59,509 bases of DNA from positions 1-59,509 of IMG/VR virus record IMGVR_UViG_3300030433_000856; one strand, written 5' to 3'. Shown here in pieces: positions 39,028 to 47,964 of the stretch; the stretch's first letter is position 1, and each line of letters starts with the position of its first letter. The notes under the pieces are model-generated. The model worked only from the letters and a program-made list of their open reading frames with translations. It was not told where the DNA came from and made no database searches. The DNA comes from a virus. Taxonomy: Duplodnaviria; Caudoviricetes. The translations under genes and the position numbers were made by a program.

Positions 39028-39598
39028 AAATTTAAGACATTTACAAAAAATTAATTCTAATAGTCATCATCATCCTTTAGAAAAAGTAAATCAACTTAAA
39101 GAATTTAAAAATTTCATCTATGGAGATATATTAGAGGTTTTTGCTGGTCAAGGTAATTTAACTAATTTTTATAAAAAGTTAGGTAATGTTACTCCTTTAA
39201 CAAAAGAGATAACTGGAGACAGTTTTGAATACATTTATAAATTAAGAAGTCAGAAAAAAGTATATGATGTAATTGACATAGATGGTTATGGTTATCCTTC
39301 TAAATTTTTTCCAATGATAATTGAAATGATAAAAGATGACGGATTGTTAATTTTTACATTTCCTATTTTAGGAGTACAAAATATTAATGGAATAACTGAG
39401 CAACATTTTATAAATTTTTGGGGTAGTTATAGACCTACAGTAGGAGATGTAACTGGTAGAGTTACAGATTATGCACTAAGAGATTGGAAATTAGCAAGTT
39501 TATTATCTTGTAGAAAAATTAAACCCATATGGAGATTTATTTTTAAAATTAAACAAGAAAAAGCTACTCTATTTTGTAATGTGAGAAATAGAAAATGA
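39008..39598 (+). CDS. Class I SAM-dependent methyltransferase-like protein
   Basis: ILEVFAGQG (motif I-like); YDVIDIDGYG (motif IV-like). Confidence 0.6.
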   Translation: MTSLKHKNLRHLQKINSNSHHHPLEKVNQLKEFKNFIYGDILEVFAGQGNLTNFYKKLGNVTPLTKEITGDSFEYIYKLRSQKKVYDVIDIDGYGYPSKFFPMIIEMIKDDGLLIFTFPILGVQNINGITEQHFINFWGSYRPTVGDVTGRVTDYALRDWKLASLLSCRKIKPIWRFIFKIKQEKATLFCNVRNRK

Positions 39599-41202
39599 GT
39601 TTAGGACTACAGAAACAAAAAGAGATACATAAAAAAACTATAAAGATTTTTGGACCGCCAGGTACTGGAAAGACTTATACTTTAATTGAACGCATCTTAA
39701 AAAGATATTTAGCAAAGGGTGTGCATCCTAATGATATTGCTTACATAAGTTTTACAAACAAAGCGGTCAATGAAGCAGTAGATAGAGCTATCAATACTTT
39801 TCCTAATTTTAGTATTAAAGATTTTGAAAGATTTAAAACACTACATAAATATTGTCGTAGATATTTTGAAGAAGAAATATTTGACCCAAAAAACTGTATG
39901 ATAGATTTTGCATTACAAAGTAAAATTATTAAAACATCAGATAATCGTTTAGCTGACGATGGTTTTATATATAAAGATTGGTCACTAGGAGTGTATGACA
40001 AAGCACGAAACACGATGCAAGATCCAGTGTTAACGTATAAAAAAGAAACATATAAAAAAGATTCCTTAGAAATATATTTAAGAAAAATATCAACCTACCA
40101 ACACTACAAAAAAGATAGCTTTATAGATTTTACTGACATGATAGAACGAGCTATTGATGAAGTAGATTTTCCAAAACTTAAATTATTAATACTAGATGAA
40201 GCTCAAGACTTTACTCCACTACAATGGTCATTGATATATAAAATGGTAGATAACATAGACCGCATTTACATAGCTGGTGATGATGACCAATCTATTTATT
40301 CTTGGAGTGGAGCAGACTCAAAATATTTTACACACTATTTTTCTGGTAGAAAAGTTGTGCTACGACAAACAAAAAGATTTGGACAAGCTATCTATGACTT
40401 CTCACAAATTATTCGCAGAGGTATTATCGATAGTTTGGATAAAGAATATTATCCGTCTGATAAAGATAGTTATGTAAAACGATATTTAAATTTTCGAGAG
40501 ATACCATTACATTTAGAAGGAACTTGGTACATCTTAGGTAGAGTTAATTCTACAGTAAATGAATTACGAATGATGGCTAAAGATGCTGGTTTATATTTTG
40601 CGGATAATCGAGGGAATAAATCTTTTGACCAAAAGCAATGGGATGCTATTAAAAGTTGGACTAAAATTAGTAATGGTAAAAGCATCACGAAACACGAAGC
40701 AGAAAACATGATGAAATATATTCGTGAAGTAAAAGACAGTTCTTTTCGTTCTGTAAAATTTTGGGTGAGCTTACCAGATACACAAGAGTATGACTTTGAT
40801 GGGTTAATTGATTGGTGTGGGTTAAATTTAAATGACGATAGTGCTACTAAACCTTGGTATGAAATATTGAAAAGAAATTTTCATCCACCACAGGTTACAT
40901 ACTTTGTAAGATTGTTACAACGATATGGTCAGAAAACTTTGGATAACGAACCACAAATAATTATTGATACTATTCATTCTGTCAAAGGTGGACAGAGTGA
41001 AAATGTATTAGTATATAGTCGCACTAATTGGATAGCTTCTTTTCAAAACAAAACACCTTTTGAAAAAAGTGAAGAACGAAAAGTTTTTTATGTTGCAGTA
41101 ACAAGAGCTAAAAAAAGATTACACATACTAAGCACTGACCATAAATATAATTATCCGATTGGTGAAAATTATCTTACTTATTTAAGGGAGAAAAAAAAAT
41201 GA
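39595..41202 (+). CDS. UvrD/Rep-like SF1 helicase
   Basis: GPPGTGKT, DEAQD, GDDDQSIY, TIHSVKG, YVAVTRA. Confidence 0.93.
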   Translation: MSLGLQKQKEIHKKTIKIFGPPGTGKTYTLIERILKRYLAKGVHPNDIAYISFTNKAVNEAVDRAINTFPNFSIKDFERFKTLHKYCRRYFEEEIFDPKNCMIDFALQSKIIKTSDNRLADDGFIYKDWSLGVYDKARNTMQDPVLTYKKETYKKDSLEIYLRKISTYQHYKKDSFIDFTDMIERAIDEVDFPKLKLLILDEAQDFTPLQWSLIYKMVDNIDRIYIAGDDDQSIYSWSGADSKYFTHYFSGRKVVLRQTKRFGQAIYDFSQIIRRGIIDSLDKEYYPSDKDSYVKRYLNFREIPLHLEGTWYILGRVNSTVNELRMMAKDAGLYFADNRGNKSFDQKQWDAIKSWTKISNGKSITKHEAENMMKYIREVKDSSFRSVKFWVSLPDTQEYDFDGLIDWCGLNLNDDSATKPWYEILKRNFHPPQVTYFVRLLQRYGQKTLDNEPQIIIDTIHSVKGGQSENVLVYSRTNWIASFQNKTPFEKSEERKVFYVAVTRAKKRLHILSTDHKYNYPIGENYLTYLREKKK

Positions 41203-41357
41203 AATGTTATAACTGTGGAACAGAATTAATATGGGGTGGAGACCATGATTGTGAAGATGATGAGGAGCATGAGATAATGACAAATTTATCTTGTCCTAAT
41301 TGTGATGCTTTGCATTTAGTATACTGGGGTAAAAAAGAAGATGAAAAGAAAAAATAA
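41199..41357 (+). CDS. Small zinc-finger protein, 52 aa (not in ORF track)
   Basis: MKCYNCGTELIWGGDHD...LSCPNC. Confidence 0.8.
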   Translation: MKCYNCGTELIWGGDHDCEDDEEHEIMTNLSCPNCDALHLVYWGKKEDEKKK

Positions 41358-41520
41358 AAAGTATGCAGTGTACGCAAAAAAAATTATTTATTACAAGAGA
41401 CAAGCATTAGGAAGAAGTGAAGAAGAAGTGAAAAGCAAGATGGAAAGATTAAAAACAAAAGACACTTATGATATAATAGACACAGAGTTTTTTATAAGTG
41501 AAATTTTACAGGAGGAGTAA
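41341..41520 (+). CDS. Small hypothetical protein, 59 aa (not in ORF track)
   Basis: MKRKNKKYAVYAKK...ILQEE; tightly packed. Confidence 0.55.
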   Translation: MKRKNKKYAVYAKKIIYYKRQALGRSEEEVKSKMERLKTKDTYDIIDTEFFISEILQEE

Positions 41521-41589
41521 ATGACATATATAATAGCTTATACAATTATCAGTACCATAATTGGTTTACATAATGCAGGAGTAATATGA
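41521..41589 (+). CDS. 22-aa hydrophobic peptide
   Basis: MTYIIAYTIISTIIGLHNAGVI; SD GGAGGAG. Confidence 0.5.
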   Translation: MTYIIAYTIISTIIGLHNAGVI

Positions 41590-41771
41590 TGAGTAAATAT
41601 CAAATTAATTATAAAATGGAATTTAAAACTAGACCGAGCAAATTTGAAGTAGAATGTAAATTATTTGATTTGCTAAAAAATGGTTTTACTTTAAAATCAG
41701 TAGAAGAGACAAATACTTTCGTAAGAAAAAAACACATACAGGAGAAAAATATTGAAAGAAAAATTAAGTAA
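41586..41771 (+). CDS. Small hypothetical protein
   Basis: SD AGGAG; coupled to neighbours. Confidence 0.6.
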   Translation: MMSKYQINYKMEFKTRPSKFEVECKLFDLLKNGFTLKSVEETNTFVRKKHIQEKNIERKIK

Positions 41772-42078
41772 AACTTTATTAGATTTTTTTGAGAAAAATA
41801 AAGACATACCAGAAGAGACAGTAGAAGAGTTACAGTTAGTCTTGAATAAAGTATATGATAATGCTTCTGATGAGGAGGATGAGTTATGGAACAAAGGTGG
41901 AGATTATTACAAAGAATATAAAATACAACCTTCACAATTTATTAACAAAAACGAATTAGGTTTTGCTGAAGGCAATGTTATTAAATACATTTGTAGACAT
42001 AAAAGCAAAGGCAAAAAGTCTGACATACTAAAAGCAATTCATTATTGTGAAATGATTATTGAAAGAGATTATGAATAG
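41752..42078 (+). CDS. DUF3310/SaV-like protein
   Basis: GGDYY...IQP...FAEGNVIKYICR..KG...DILKAIHY. Confidence 0.85.
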   Translation: MKEKLSKTLLDFFEKNKDIPEETVEELQLVLNKVYDNASDEEDELWNKGGDYYKEYKIQPSQFINKNELGFAEGNVIKYICRHKSKGKKSDILKAIHYCEMIIERDYE

Positions 42079-43942
42079 TGGTGTACAATTAGTTTTTCCG
42101 TTACAACAAACCAACATGTGGTCACCACCTACAGAGTATGTAGATTTATCAGATTGTGATGAGGTAGCGATAGATTTAGAAACAAGAGATGATGGTATTA
42201 ACAATGGGCTAGGAGCTGGTTGGGCATTAGGTAAAGGTGAGATTATTGGTTTTGCAGTGACCTCGAAACATGGTAGCTTCTATTATCCGTTTGGACATTT
42301 AGGTGGTGGTAATCTTATCAAGGAACAAGTCTTACGATACATGAAAGATATTTGTGCATTACCTTGTCGTAAAATATTTCACAACGCATCTTATGATGTT
42401 GGATGGTTACAATCGTATGGAATAAAAGTAGAAGGTGAGATCGTAGACACAATGATCGCTGGTTGTTTAATCGATGAAAATAGATACTCTTATTCTTTAA
42501 ACGCATTAGCAAAAGAATATCTTGGTGAGATAAAAGCGGAACAAGGATTACGAGAGTCTGCTCAACTGTATGGTGTTGACCCAAAAAATGAAATGTGGAA
42601 ACTACCCTCTGAGCATGTTGGACATTATGCAGAACAAGATAGCAAACTTACTTATAATTTATGGCAACGATTTAAACATGAAATAGTAAAACAAAACTTA
42701 ACAACTATTTGGGAACTCGAACGAGATTTATTACCACACTTAATTGAAATGAGAAGTCGAGGTATACGAGTAGATACTGATGGTGCAGAAAAATTAAAAA
42801 TAGATTTTAAACAAAAAGAAAAAACTATATTACAAAATATAAAAAAGTTAGTTGGTAAAGATGTAGACATATGGGCAGCAAGAAGTATCGCTACAGCTTA
42901 CGATACACTAGGTATTGAATATCCTAAAACAGTAAAGACTAAAGAACCAAGTTTCACGCAACAATGGTTAAACGATGATACGAATGATATTTCAAAATTA
43001 ATTGTACAAGCAAGAGAGCTTAATAAATTTCATAATACTTTTATTAATAGTATTTTAAAATACACACACAAGGGTCGAATACATGCAGAGATAAACCAAC
43101 TACGAGGAAACAATGGTGGCACAGTAAGTGGTCGATTATCTATGAGTAATCCAAACTTACAACAACTACCAGCAAGAAATAAAGACTTTGGTAATTTAAT
43201 ACGAGGATTGTTTTTACCAGAGGAAGGTGAGAAGTGGGTAGCCTTAGACTACTCGCAACAAGAACCAAGGGTCGCTGTTCATTATAGTTTAGCTTTAGAC
43301 TTCGATGGTGCAAAAGAAATTGCTAAAGCATATGAAAGCGGTGATGGAGACTTTCATCAATCAGTTGCAGACTTATGTGGTATTGATAGAAAAAGTGCGA
43401 AAAGTATTTCATTAGGTTTAATGTATGGTATGGGCAAAAGTAAATTAGCGAATATGCTAGGTTTAACTTTTGATGAAGCAAGTTCTCTTATTGATAAGTA
43501 TAATCGCAAAGCACCATTTTTAAAAATGCTATCTGATAAGTGTATGGATAAAGCACAAAACGAAGGAGTAATACGAACTAAGTTAGGAAGGAAATGTCGT
43601 TTTGATTTATTTGAACCGAAAGACTTTGGAGTACATCAAGCAGAAAAATTTGAAAATGCCAGTGCAAAGTATGGAGCTAAAAACATTAAACGAGCTTACA
43701 CATACAAAAGTCTTAATCGATTGATACAAGGAACAAGTGCAGACTCTACAAAGAAAGCAATGTTGGATTGTGCAACCTTGGGTCACTTGCCTCTATTACA
43801 GGTTCACGATGAATTGTGTTTTAGTATAAAAGATAAAAAAGATATTGAGATTATAAAAAAAACTATGGAGAATTGTGTAGAGTTTTTAATTCCAATGAAA
43901 GTGGATGTAGCAATAGGTGATAATTTTGGTGAAACAATATAA
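42071..43942 (+). CDS. polA: DNA polymerase family A with 3'-5' exonuclease
   Basis: IDLET, FHNASYD, YAEQD, SGRLS...PNLQQ, DYSQQEPR, KSISLGLMYG, QVHDEL. Confidence 0.96.
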   Translation: MNSGVQLVFPLQQTNMWSPPTEYVDLSDCDEVAIDLETRDDGINNGLGAGWALGKGEIIGFAVTSKHGSFYYPFGHLGGGNLIKEQVLRYMKDICALPCRKIFHNASYDVGWLQSYGIKVEGEIVDTMIAGCLIDENRYSYSLNALAKEYLGEIKAEQGLRESAQLYGVDPKNEMWKLPSEHVGHYAEQDSKLTYNLWQRFKHEIVKQNLTTIWELERDLLPHLIEMRSRGIRVDTDGAEKLKIDFKQKEKTILQNIKKLVGKDVDIWAARSIATAYDTLGIEYPKTVKTKEPSFTQQWLNDDTNDISKLIVQARELNKFHNTFINSILKYTHKGRIHAEINQLRGNNGGTVSGRLSMSNPNLQQLPARNKDFGNLIRGLFLPEEGEKWVALDYSQQEPRVAVHYSLALDFDGAKEIAKAYESGDGDFHQSVADLCGIDRKSAKSISLGLMYGMGKSKLANMLGLTFDEASSLIDKYNRKAPFLKMLSDKCMDKAQNEGVIRTKLGRKCRFDLFEPKDFGVHQAEKFENASAKYGAKNIKRAYTYKSLNRLIQGTSADSTKKAMLDCATLGHLPLLQVHDELCFSIKDKKDIEIIKKTMENCVEFLIPMKVDVAIGDNFGETI

Positions 43943-43977
43943 TATCACTTGACTTATTTTGTAATATCACATATTTA
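43942..43977 (+). promoter_or_regulatory. Promoter flanked by two inverted GTGATAT boxes
   Basis: ATATCAC(43942)-TTGACT-...-ATATCACA(43964). Confidence 0.6.
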
Positions 43978-43984
43978 ATAAGAC

Positions 43985-44062
43985 ATGGCAAAAATACTTT
44001 TAATAACTATTTTTGGAGCTAATACAATCGTTTGGTTGTATTTAATATTATTAACTTTATAG
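43985..44062 (+). CDS. 25-aa single-TM peptide (not in ORF track)
   Basis: MAKILLITIFGANTIVWLYLILLTL; no SD, possibly leaderless. Confidence 0.45.
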   Translation: MAKILLITIFGANTIVWLYLILLTL

Positions 44063-44071
44063 GAGATTATT

Positions 44072-44269
44072 ATGGACACGACTAAATGGAGAACAGTAGC
44101 AATACGAGTAGAAGATTTTCAATTACTAAAAGGATTGTGTGAAAAGAAATACCGCAACCCAGCAGCTATGATTGGTAAATTAGTAAATGATTACATTACT
44201 TACTTATCTAAAAAAGAACAAATTAAAATAGAAAAATTAAAGAAGCAGTTGATGAATGGACAGAAATAG
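44072..44269 (+). CDS. Putative ribbon-helix-helix DNA-binding protein
   Basis: WRTVAIR strand followed by two helices; SD AGGAG. Confidence 0.6.
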   Translation: MDTTKWRTVAIRVEDFQLLKGLCEKKYRNPAAMIGKLVNDYITYLSKKEQIKIEKLKKQLMNGQK

Positions 44270-44274
44270 TGGGT

Positions 44275-44445
44275 ATGATGGATGATGCCTGGAAAGAAGC
44301 GATAGCTTCTGTAGGAAAAAAAACTCTCGACAAAAAACAACAAGGCGAATATGTTATCTGTAATGTTTGCAAAGGGGAAGGTGTTGTATTAGTCGATGAC
44401 AAAGAAGACTCCAAAGACAGTTCTGTTTACAGAGATAAGTTATGA
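44275..44445 (+). CDS. Small protein with CxxCxGxG (not in ORF track)
   Basis: MMDDAWKEAI...CNVCKGEG. Confidence 0.55.
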   Translation: MMDDAWKEAIASVGKKTLDKKQQGEYVICNVCKGEGVVLVDDKEDSKDSSVYRDKL

Positions 44446-44653
44446 GGATTTTGAAGAGTTCTTAAAACTGCATCTCGATAATATAAAAGAGTTGATGGAG
44501 AACCTTGATCCACGAACCTTGATGCCAGACGATAGACATTTATATATTGATACTATCTATGCTCAATATATATTACATAAAAACAAGGGAAGTCCGTTAA
44601 CAAAAACATATAAGGAATTTTTAGTTGATGCTATTAAGTTATACGGACATTAA
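44396..44653 (+). CDS. Hypothetical protein
   Basis: ORF in operon. Confidence 0.6.
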   Translation: MTKKTPKTVLFTEISYEDFEEFLKLHLDNIKELMENLDPRTLMPDDRHLYIDTIYAQYILHKNKGSPLTKTYKEFLVDAIKLYGH

Positions 44654-45117
44654 TGTATTTACCGCAACCAAATGTATTGGCAGTTTTAGGATATTATAAT
44701 AGTAAGCAAGTTTTGTTCACAGAACGCAATCCAGAAGAACAATTATTTTGTTATGTGGTTTTAAATTGTATTGAAGATGTTCTCGTACCACACAGTGATA
44801 GAAAATCTGCTCTATTGAAATGTGAAGCTCACAACTGGTTAGTAGGAAATAGTAGAGATTTTAATTTAGTGTGTGATTGGGCATTATTAGATCCAGAACA
44901 TATTAGTCAATCGTACATCAAAGCATTAAAAAAAGGTCTCGTTAAATTTACCACGAGACAAGTAAAATGGCAGAAGTATTACAACAATTATCTAGAATTA
45001 AAATCTATTAACATTCGTGAAAAGAGAAGAAGAAAAGGTGAACTCAAAAGACTACGAGAAGAGATACACCAATCAACGACCACGTTTACTTCTACTATCT
45101 ATATGAGTGTTATCTAA
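44653..45117 (+). CDS. Hypothetical protein
   Basis: PEEQLF...EAHNWL...DFNLVCDWA pattern; coupled to the upstream gene. Confidence 0.7.
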   Translation: MYLPQPNVLAVLGYYNSKQVLFTERNPEEQLFCYVVLNCIEDVLVPHSDRKSALLKCEAHNWLVGNSRDFNLVCDWALLDPEHISQSYIKALKKGLVKFTTRQVKWQKYYNNYLELKSINIREKRRRKGELKRLREEIHQSTTTFTSTIYMSVI

Positions 45118-45535
45118 AATATTCGAAATTGTAACTAGTTTCATTATCCGATATTAATTTAGCTCCGTTTCTTAAATGAAACCTTTTAGCCATTTCTGTT
45201 TTTGGTGATAATGTTACAAATCTTTCAGTTTGTAATAATGGTAACAATTCGTTTAATATAGTTCGACCATAACCTTTTTCATATGACCACACTGTATAAA
45301 ATATTGTAAATTCTTTTGCATCCTTTTGTGAATACATTTCTAATTCTTGCATACTAATTGGCAGCTCAAATGTATTAGCAATGCACACAACTGCTTTGTC
45401 TTGTATTGTATAGATCTTTCTACCCTGTGTTGTTCTAAATCTATAACTAACATCTCGCACTGGGTCGTCTTTAATTTTTACTTGTGCTTGGTTCGTTACT
45501 TTACTTAGTTTCAATTTTGTCTGGTGTAACATCAA
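45110..45535 (-). CDS. GNAT-fold / malonyl-CoA-decarboxylase-like small protein
   Basis: IFYTVWS..KGYGR, FVTLSP, RFHLRNGA; exact start uncertain. Confidence 0.6.
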   Translation of the reverse strand: MMLHQTKLKLSKVTNQAQVKIKDDPVRDVSYRFRTTQGRKIYTIQDKAVVCIANTFELPISMQELEMYSQKDAKEFTIFYTVWSYEKGYGRTILNELLPLLQTERFVTLSPKTEMAKRFHLRNGAKLISDNETSYNFEYFR

Positions 45536-46016
45536 TTATGTTTTTTGCTTCGCCAATCTTAGACTCTAATTCTTCTAGTCTTTTTTCTAATTGGTCTCTA
45601 CTCATTCCTTCCAAAGTAGAATGGGTTATCTGTTTGTGGTCTACATATAATCCTGCTAACTGACCAGAACGATATTCCGCATTAATAGATGCAGTAAATT
45701 GTCCTTTGGCAGAAGATTGGTCTCGTAAATCATCTAGTATTTTGTATCTTCTTAATTTATCTTTCTCGTACTTTTCTTTTTCTTCTAAGAGTCTCTTTTC
45801 CATGTATCGGCAAACATGAGGGTTTGTATCTGGGTTCGTTAACTTCGATGCAAGGACAAAGGCACTTTCTCTTGTCTTAGGAGTGTACCCAGCTTCTAAC
45901 AATGCATCGGTCTTTGTTATTTGACCCCACTTCATAACAAGTATATCAATAAACCTTTTTTGTTTGTCTGTAAGGTCTTTAGATGTACGAACCAATTTAC
46001 TTCTTTGAGGCATCAC
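45501..46016 (-). CDS. terS: Terminase small subunit
   Basis: LTDKQKRF...ALLEAGY...ASKL HTH; GQLAGLYVD. Confidence 0.8.
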   Translation of the reverse strand: MMPQRSKLVRTSKDLTDKQKRFIDILVMKWGQITKTDALLEAGYTPKTRESAFVLASKLTNPDTNPHVCRYMEKRLLEEKEKYEKDKLRRYKILDDLRDQSSAKGQFTASINAEYRSGQLAGLYVDHKQITHSTLEGMSRDQLEKRLEELESKIGEAKNIIDVTPDKIETK

Positions 46017-46041
46017 GAATCACTTTCTATTTTTAGAAATA

Positions 46042-46282
46042 CTATATAGCACTTCCTTAGAAAATAAAAATAAAAAAAAAATTTGCACGAAAAACAATCC
46101 TAGAAACAGTATTTTTCCCAAAATCTAGGAATTTTTCCCAAAGTTTTCCCAAAACTTTTTCTCTGTAATGGTATGTTTTCTGGGTTTTTTTCCATTTTCC
46201 CAGAAATATGGTCTTCTTAGAACTTTTTTTTATTTTTTTTTTTCTAAGCAACGACTATATAGGAAAATTGGGAATCTAGGAA
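46042..46282. repeat. Inverted-arm element with TTTTCCCA iterons (ori/pac candidate)
   Basis: CTATATAG-6-CTTAGAAA ... TTTCTAAG-6-CTATATAG; four TTTTCCCA; two AATCTAGGAA. Confidence 0.7.
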
Positions 46283-46292
46283 AACTAATTGT

Positions 46293-46320
46293 TTGACTAT
46301 GTGATATGATTTGATATACT
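46293..46320 (+). promoter_or_regulatory. Strong early-type promoter with TGTGATAT operator
   Basis: TTGACT-16-TATACT with extended -10; shares 21 bp with 17336-17356. Confidence 0.85.
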
Positions 46321-46346
46321 TATTATATAACAAAGGAGAAAAGAAA

Positions 46347-47408
46347 ATGACAAACTTAAACTTAAAAGAAGAAACACAAAGACAATTAGATGCTAGAGTG
46401 TTCCACACAAAAGTAGCTAAACAAGAAGTTCTTGATGCAATACAAAATCAATATAGAGTTGTTGTAAAAGAAAACGACCACCTTACAAAAAATCTTGATG
46501 GTATTAAAGTAACTTATAGAAAAGATTATGGCTATAAAATTAAGTCTGGTGATATTAGATGGAACTATACAGGAACTTGGTCTAAAGAAGAAGTTGTTAA
46601 AATTATAGAAAACAACAAAGAACACTATACTGATGAGGATTATGAAATAGTTGAAGCTACCATTAAGAGATACAATGGAGTAGATGTTAACAACGATTTA
46701 TACCCTAGTAAAGAAGCAGTTTATGTACCAGATTCTTTACATCAAGTATCAGAGAAAAAATTATGGACCTTAAAGTATAACAATGTAGATGTTGAGAAAG
46801 TTCTTAATCTTAAAAAATTAAGAGAAGAAGTAAAAGGCTTACCAATTAAGAAGTTAACTACTCAACAAAGAGCAGAAGCAAAAATTGCTGATATTTTTTC
46901 ACCAGAAAATTATGAGACTTGGAAAGATATTATCAAAACTTTAAAAACTGATTTTGTTGATTATGATAAAAGATATGTTGATGGAGTGATTGAACATTAT
47001 AAAAATAAATATGTAGCATTGCAAAACTTTAAAGAAAATAATAATAGTAATTCTTTTGCTACTTATGGTGCTTACATCAATAAGTTAGTTGAGATAGCAG
47101 GTGGTAAAACTTTATATAAAACTTTTGAATGGAGAACTTTAGAAGATGTTTTAGCAATTGCTAAAAAAGATGCAGAGGCTAAATTAAATGCTAGAAATAA
47201 TAGTATAGCAACTAAACTTACTAAAGTTGGTATTACAGAAGTTTTAAAATCAACTGTTACTAGAAGCACAGATGGGTTTCATGGTTTTTATAAAGTTAAT
47301 ACTACTAACGGAATACAAACTGTTGAAATTGATACTATCATTGCAGGTGGTTACAACATTCAATGTATACATTATAGAACACTTGTAAAAGTAAAGGAGA
47401 GTGCTTAA
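46347..47408 (+). CDS. Hypothetical early protein (start revised from 46311)
   Basis: AACAAAGGAG leader; C-terminal TIIAGGYNIQCIHYRTLVK. Confidence 0.8.
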   Translation: MTNLNLKEETQRQLDARVFHTKVAKQEVLDAIQNQYRVVVKENDHLTKNLDGIKVTYRKDYGYKIKSGDIRWNYTGTWSKEEVVKIIENNKEHYTDEDYEIVEATIKRYNGVDVNNDLYPSKEAVYVPDSLHQVSEKKLWTLKYNNVDVEKVLNLKKLREEVKGLPIKKLTTQQRAEAKIADIFSPENYETWKDIIKTLKTDFVDYDKRYVDGVIEHYKNKYVALQNFKENNNSNSFATYGAYINKLVEIAGGKTLYKTFEWRTLEDVLAIAKKDAEAKLNARNNSIATKLTKVGITEVLKSTVTRSTDGFHGFYKVNTTNGIQTVEIDTIIAGGYNIQCIHYRTLVKVKESA

Positions 47409-47420
47409 CAGCACTCTTCT
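47396..47420 (+). terminator. Hairpin at the gene end (terminator or processing site)
   Basis: GAGAGTGC-TTAACA-GCACTCTT. Confidence 0.5.
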
Positions 47421-47445
47421 CTAAATAATAACAAAGGAGAATAAA

Positions 47446-47760
47446 ATGATTAACACTATTAAATTACCTAAATTTTTATATTTTGATTATTTAGAAATAG
47501 CAGAAGAGGAAAATAGACCTTTTCCAAAAATAATAAAAGAAACTAAACAAAATATATTTGTAGAAAAGGTTTATAACAATTCTTTGAGATCTTTATATTA
47601 TGAAGCATGGTATTGGTCGCAGCCACATTGGTCTTTGCAAGTAGGAGACCCAGACCAAGCAAAACACATATCAGCAAGATATACAGTCAAAGCTATCAAT
47701 AAACATTTTAAACATTTAACTGACTTAGAAGATTGGAATAAATTTATTAAGGAGAAATAA
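47446..47760 (+). CDS. Hypothetical early protein
   Basis: AACAAAGGAG leader. Confidence 0.75.
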   Translation: MINTIKLPKFLYFDYLEIAEEENRPFPKIIKETKQNIFVEKVYNNSLRSLYYEAWYWSQPHWSLQVGDPDQAKHISARYTVKAINKHFKHLTDLEDWNKFIKEK

Positions 47761-47964
47761 ATGACTAAAGATTATGATTTTATAATTAATGACAATGGTA
47801 GTATTGTAGAGTTTATACCACAATCTACTGAGGCAGAATATTTTTGGGAAAACAAAGTTGATGCAGAGATAGGTTTTTTTGCTGAGAAGAATTATGCTAA
47901 TGATATTTTATGTGGTATTCTTACAGAAGGATTAAGTTATAAGTTAAATACTTTATGGAGATAG
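47761..47964 (+). CDS. Small acidic hypothetical protein
   Basis: SD AAGGAG. Confidence 0.7.
   Translation: MTKDYDFIINDNGSIVEFIPQSTEAEYFWENKVDAEIGFFAEKNYANDILCGILTEGLSYKLNTLWR

Noticed and set aside
42071-43942. Intein or intron in polymerase, helicases or terminase
   Set aside because: Protein lengths are ordinary and motifs are contiguous; no intein or homing-endonuclease signatures.
46111-46204. CRISPR-like array
   Set aside because: Repeats are only 8-12 nt with irregular short spacing; no cas genes.
46057-46251. 64-aa minus-strand ORF
   Set aside because: K/F-rich translation of A/T tracts and iterons; better read as a non-coding element.
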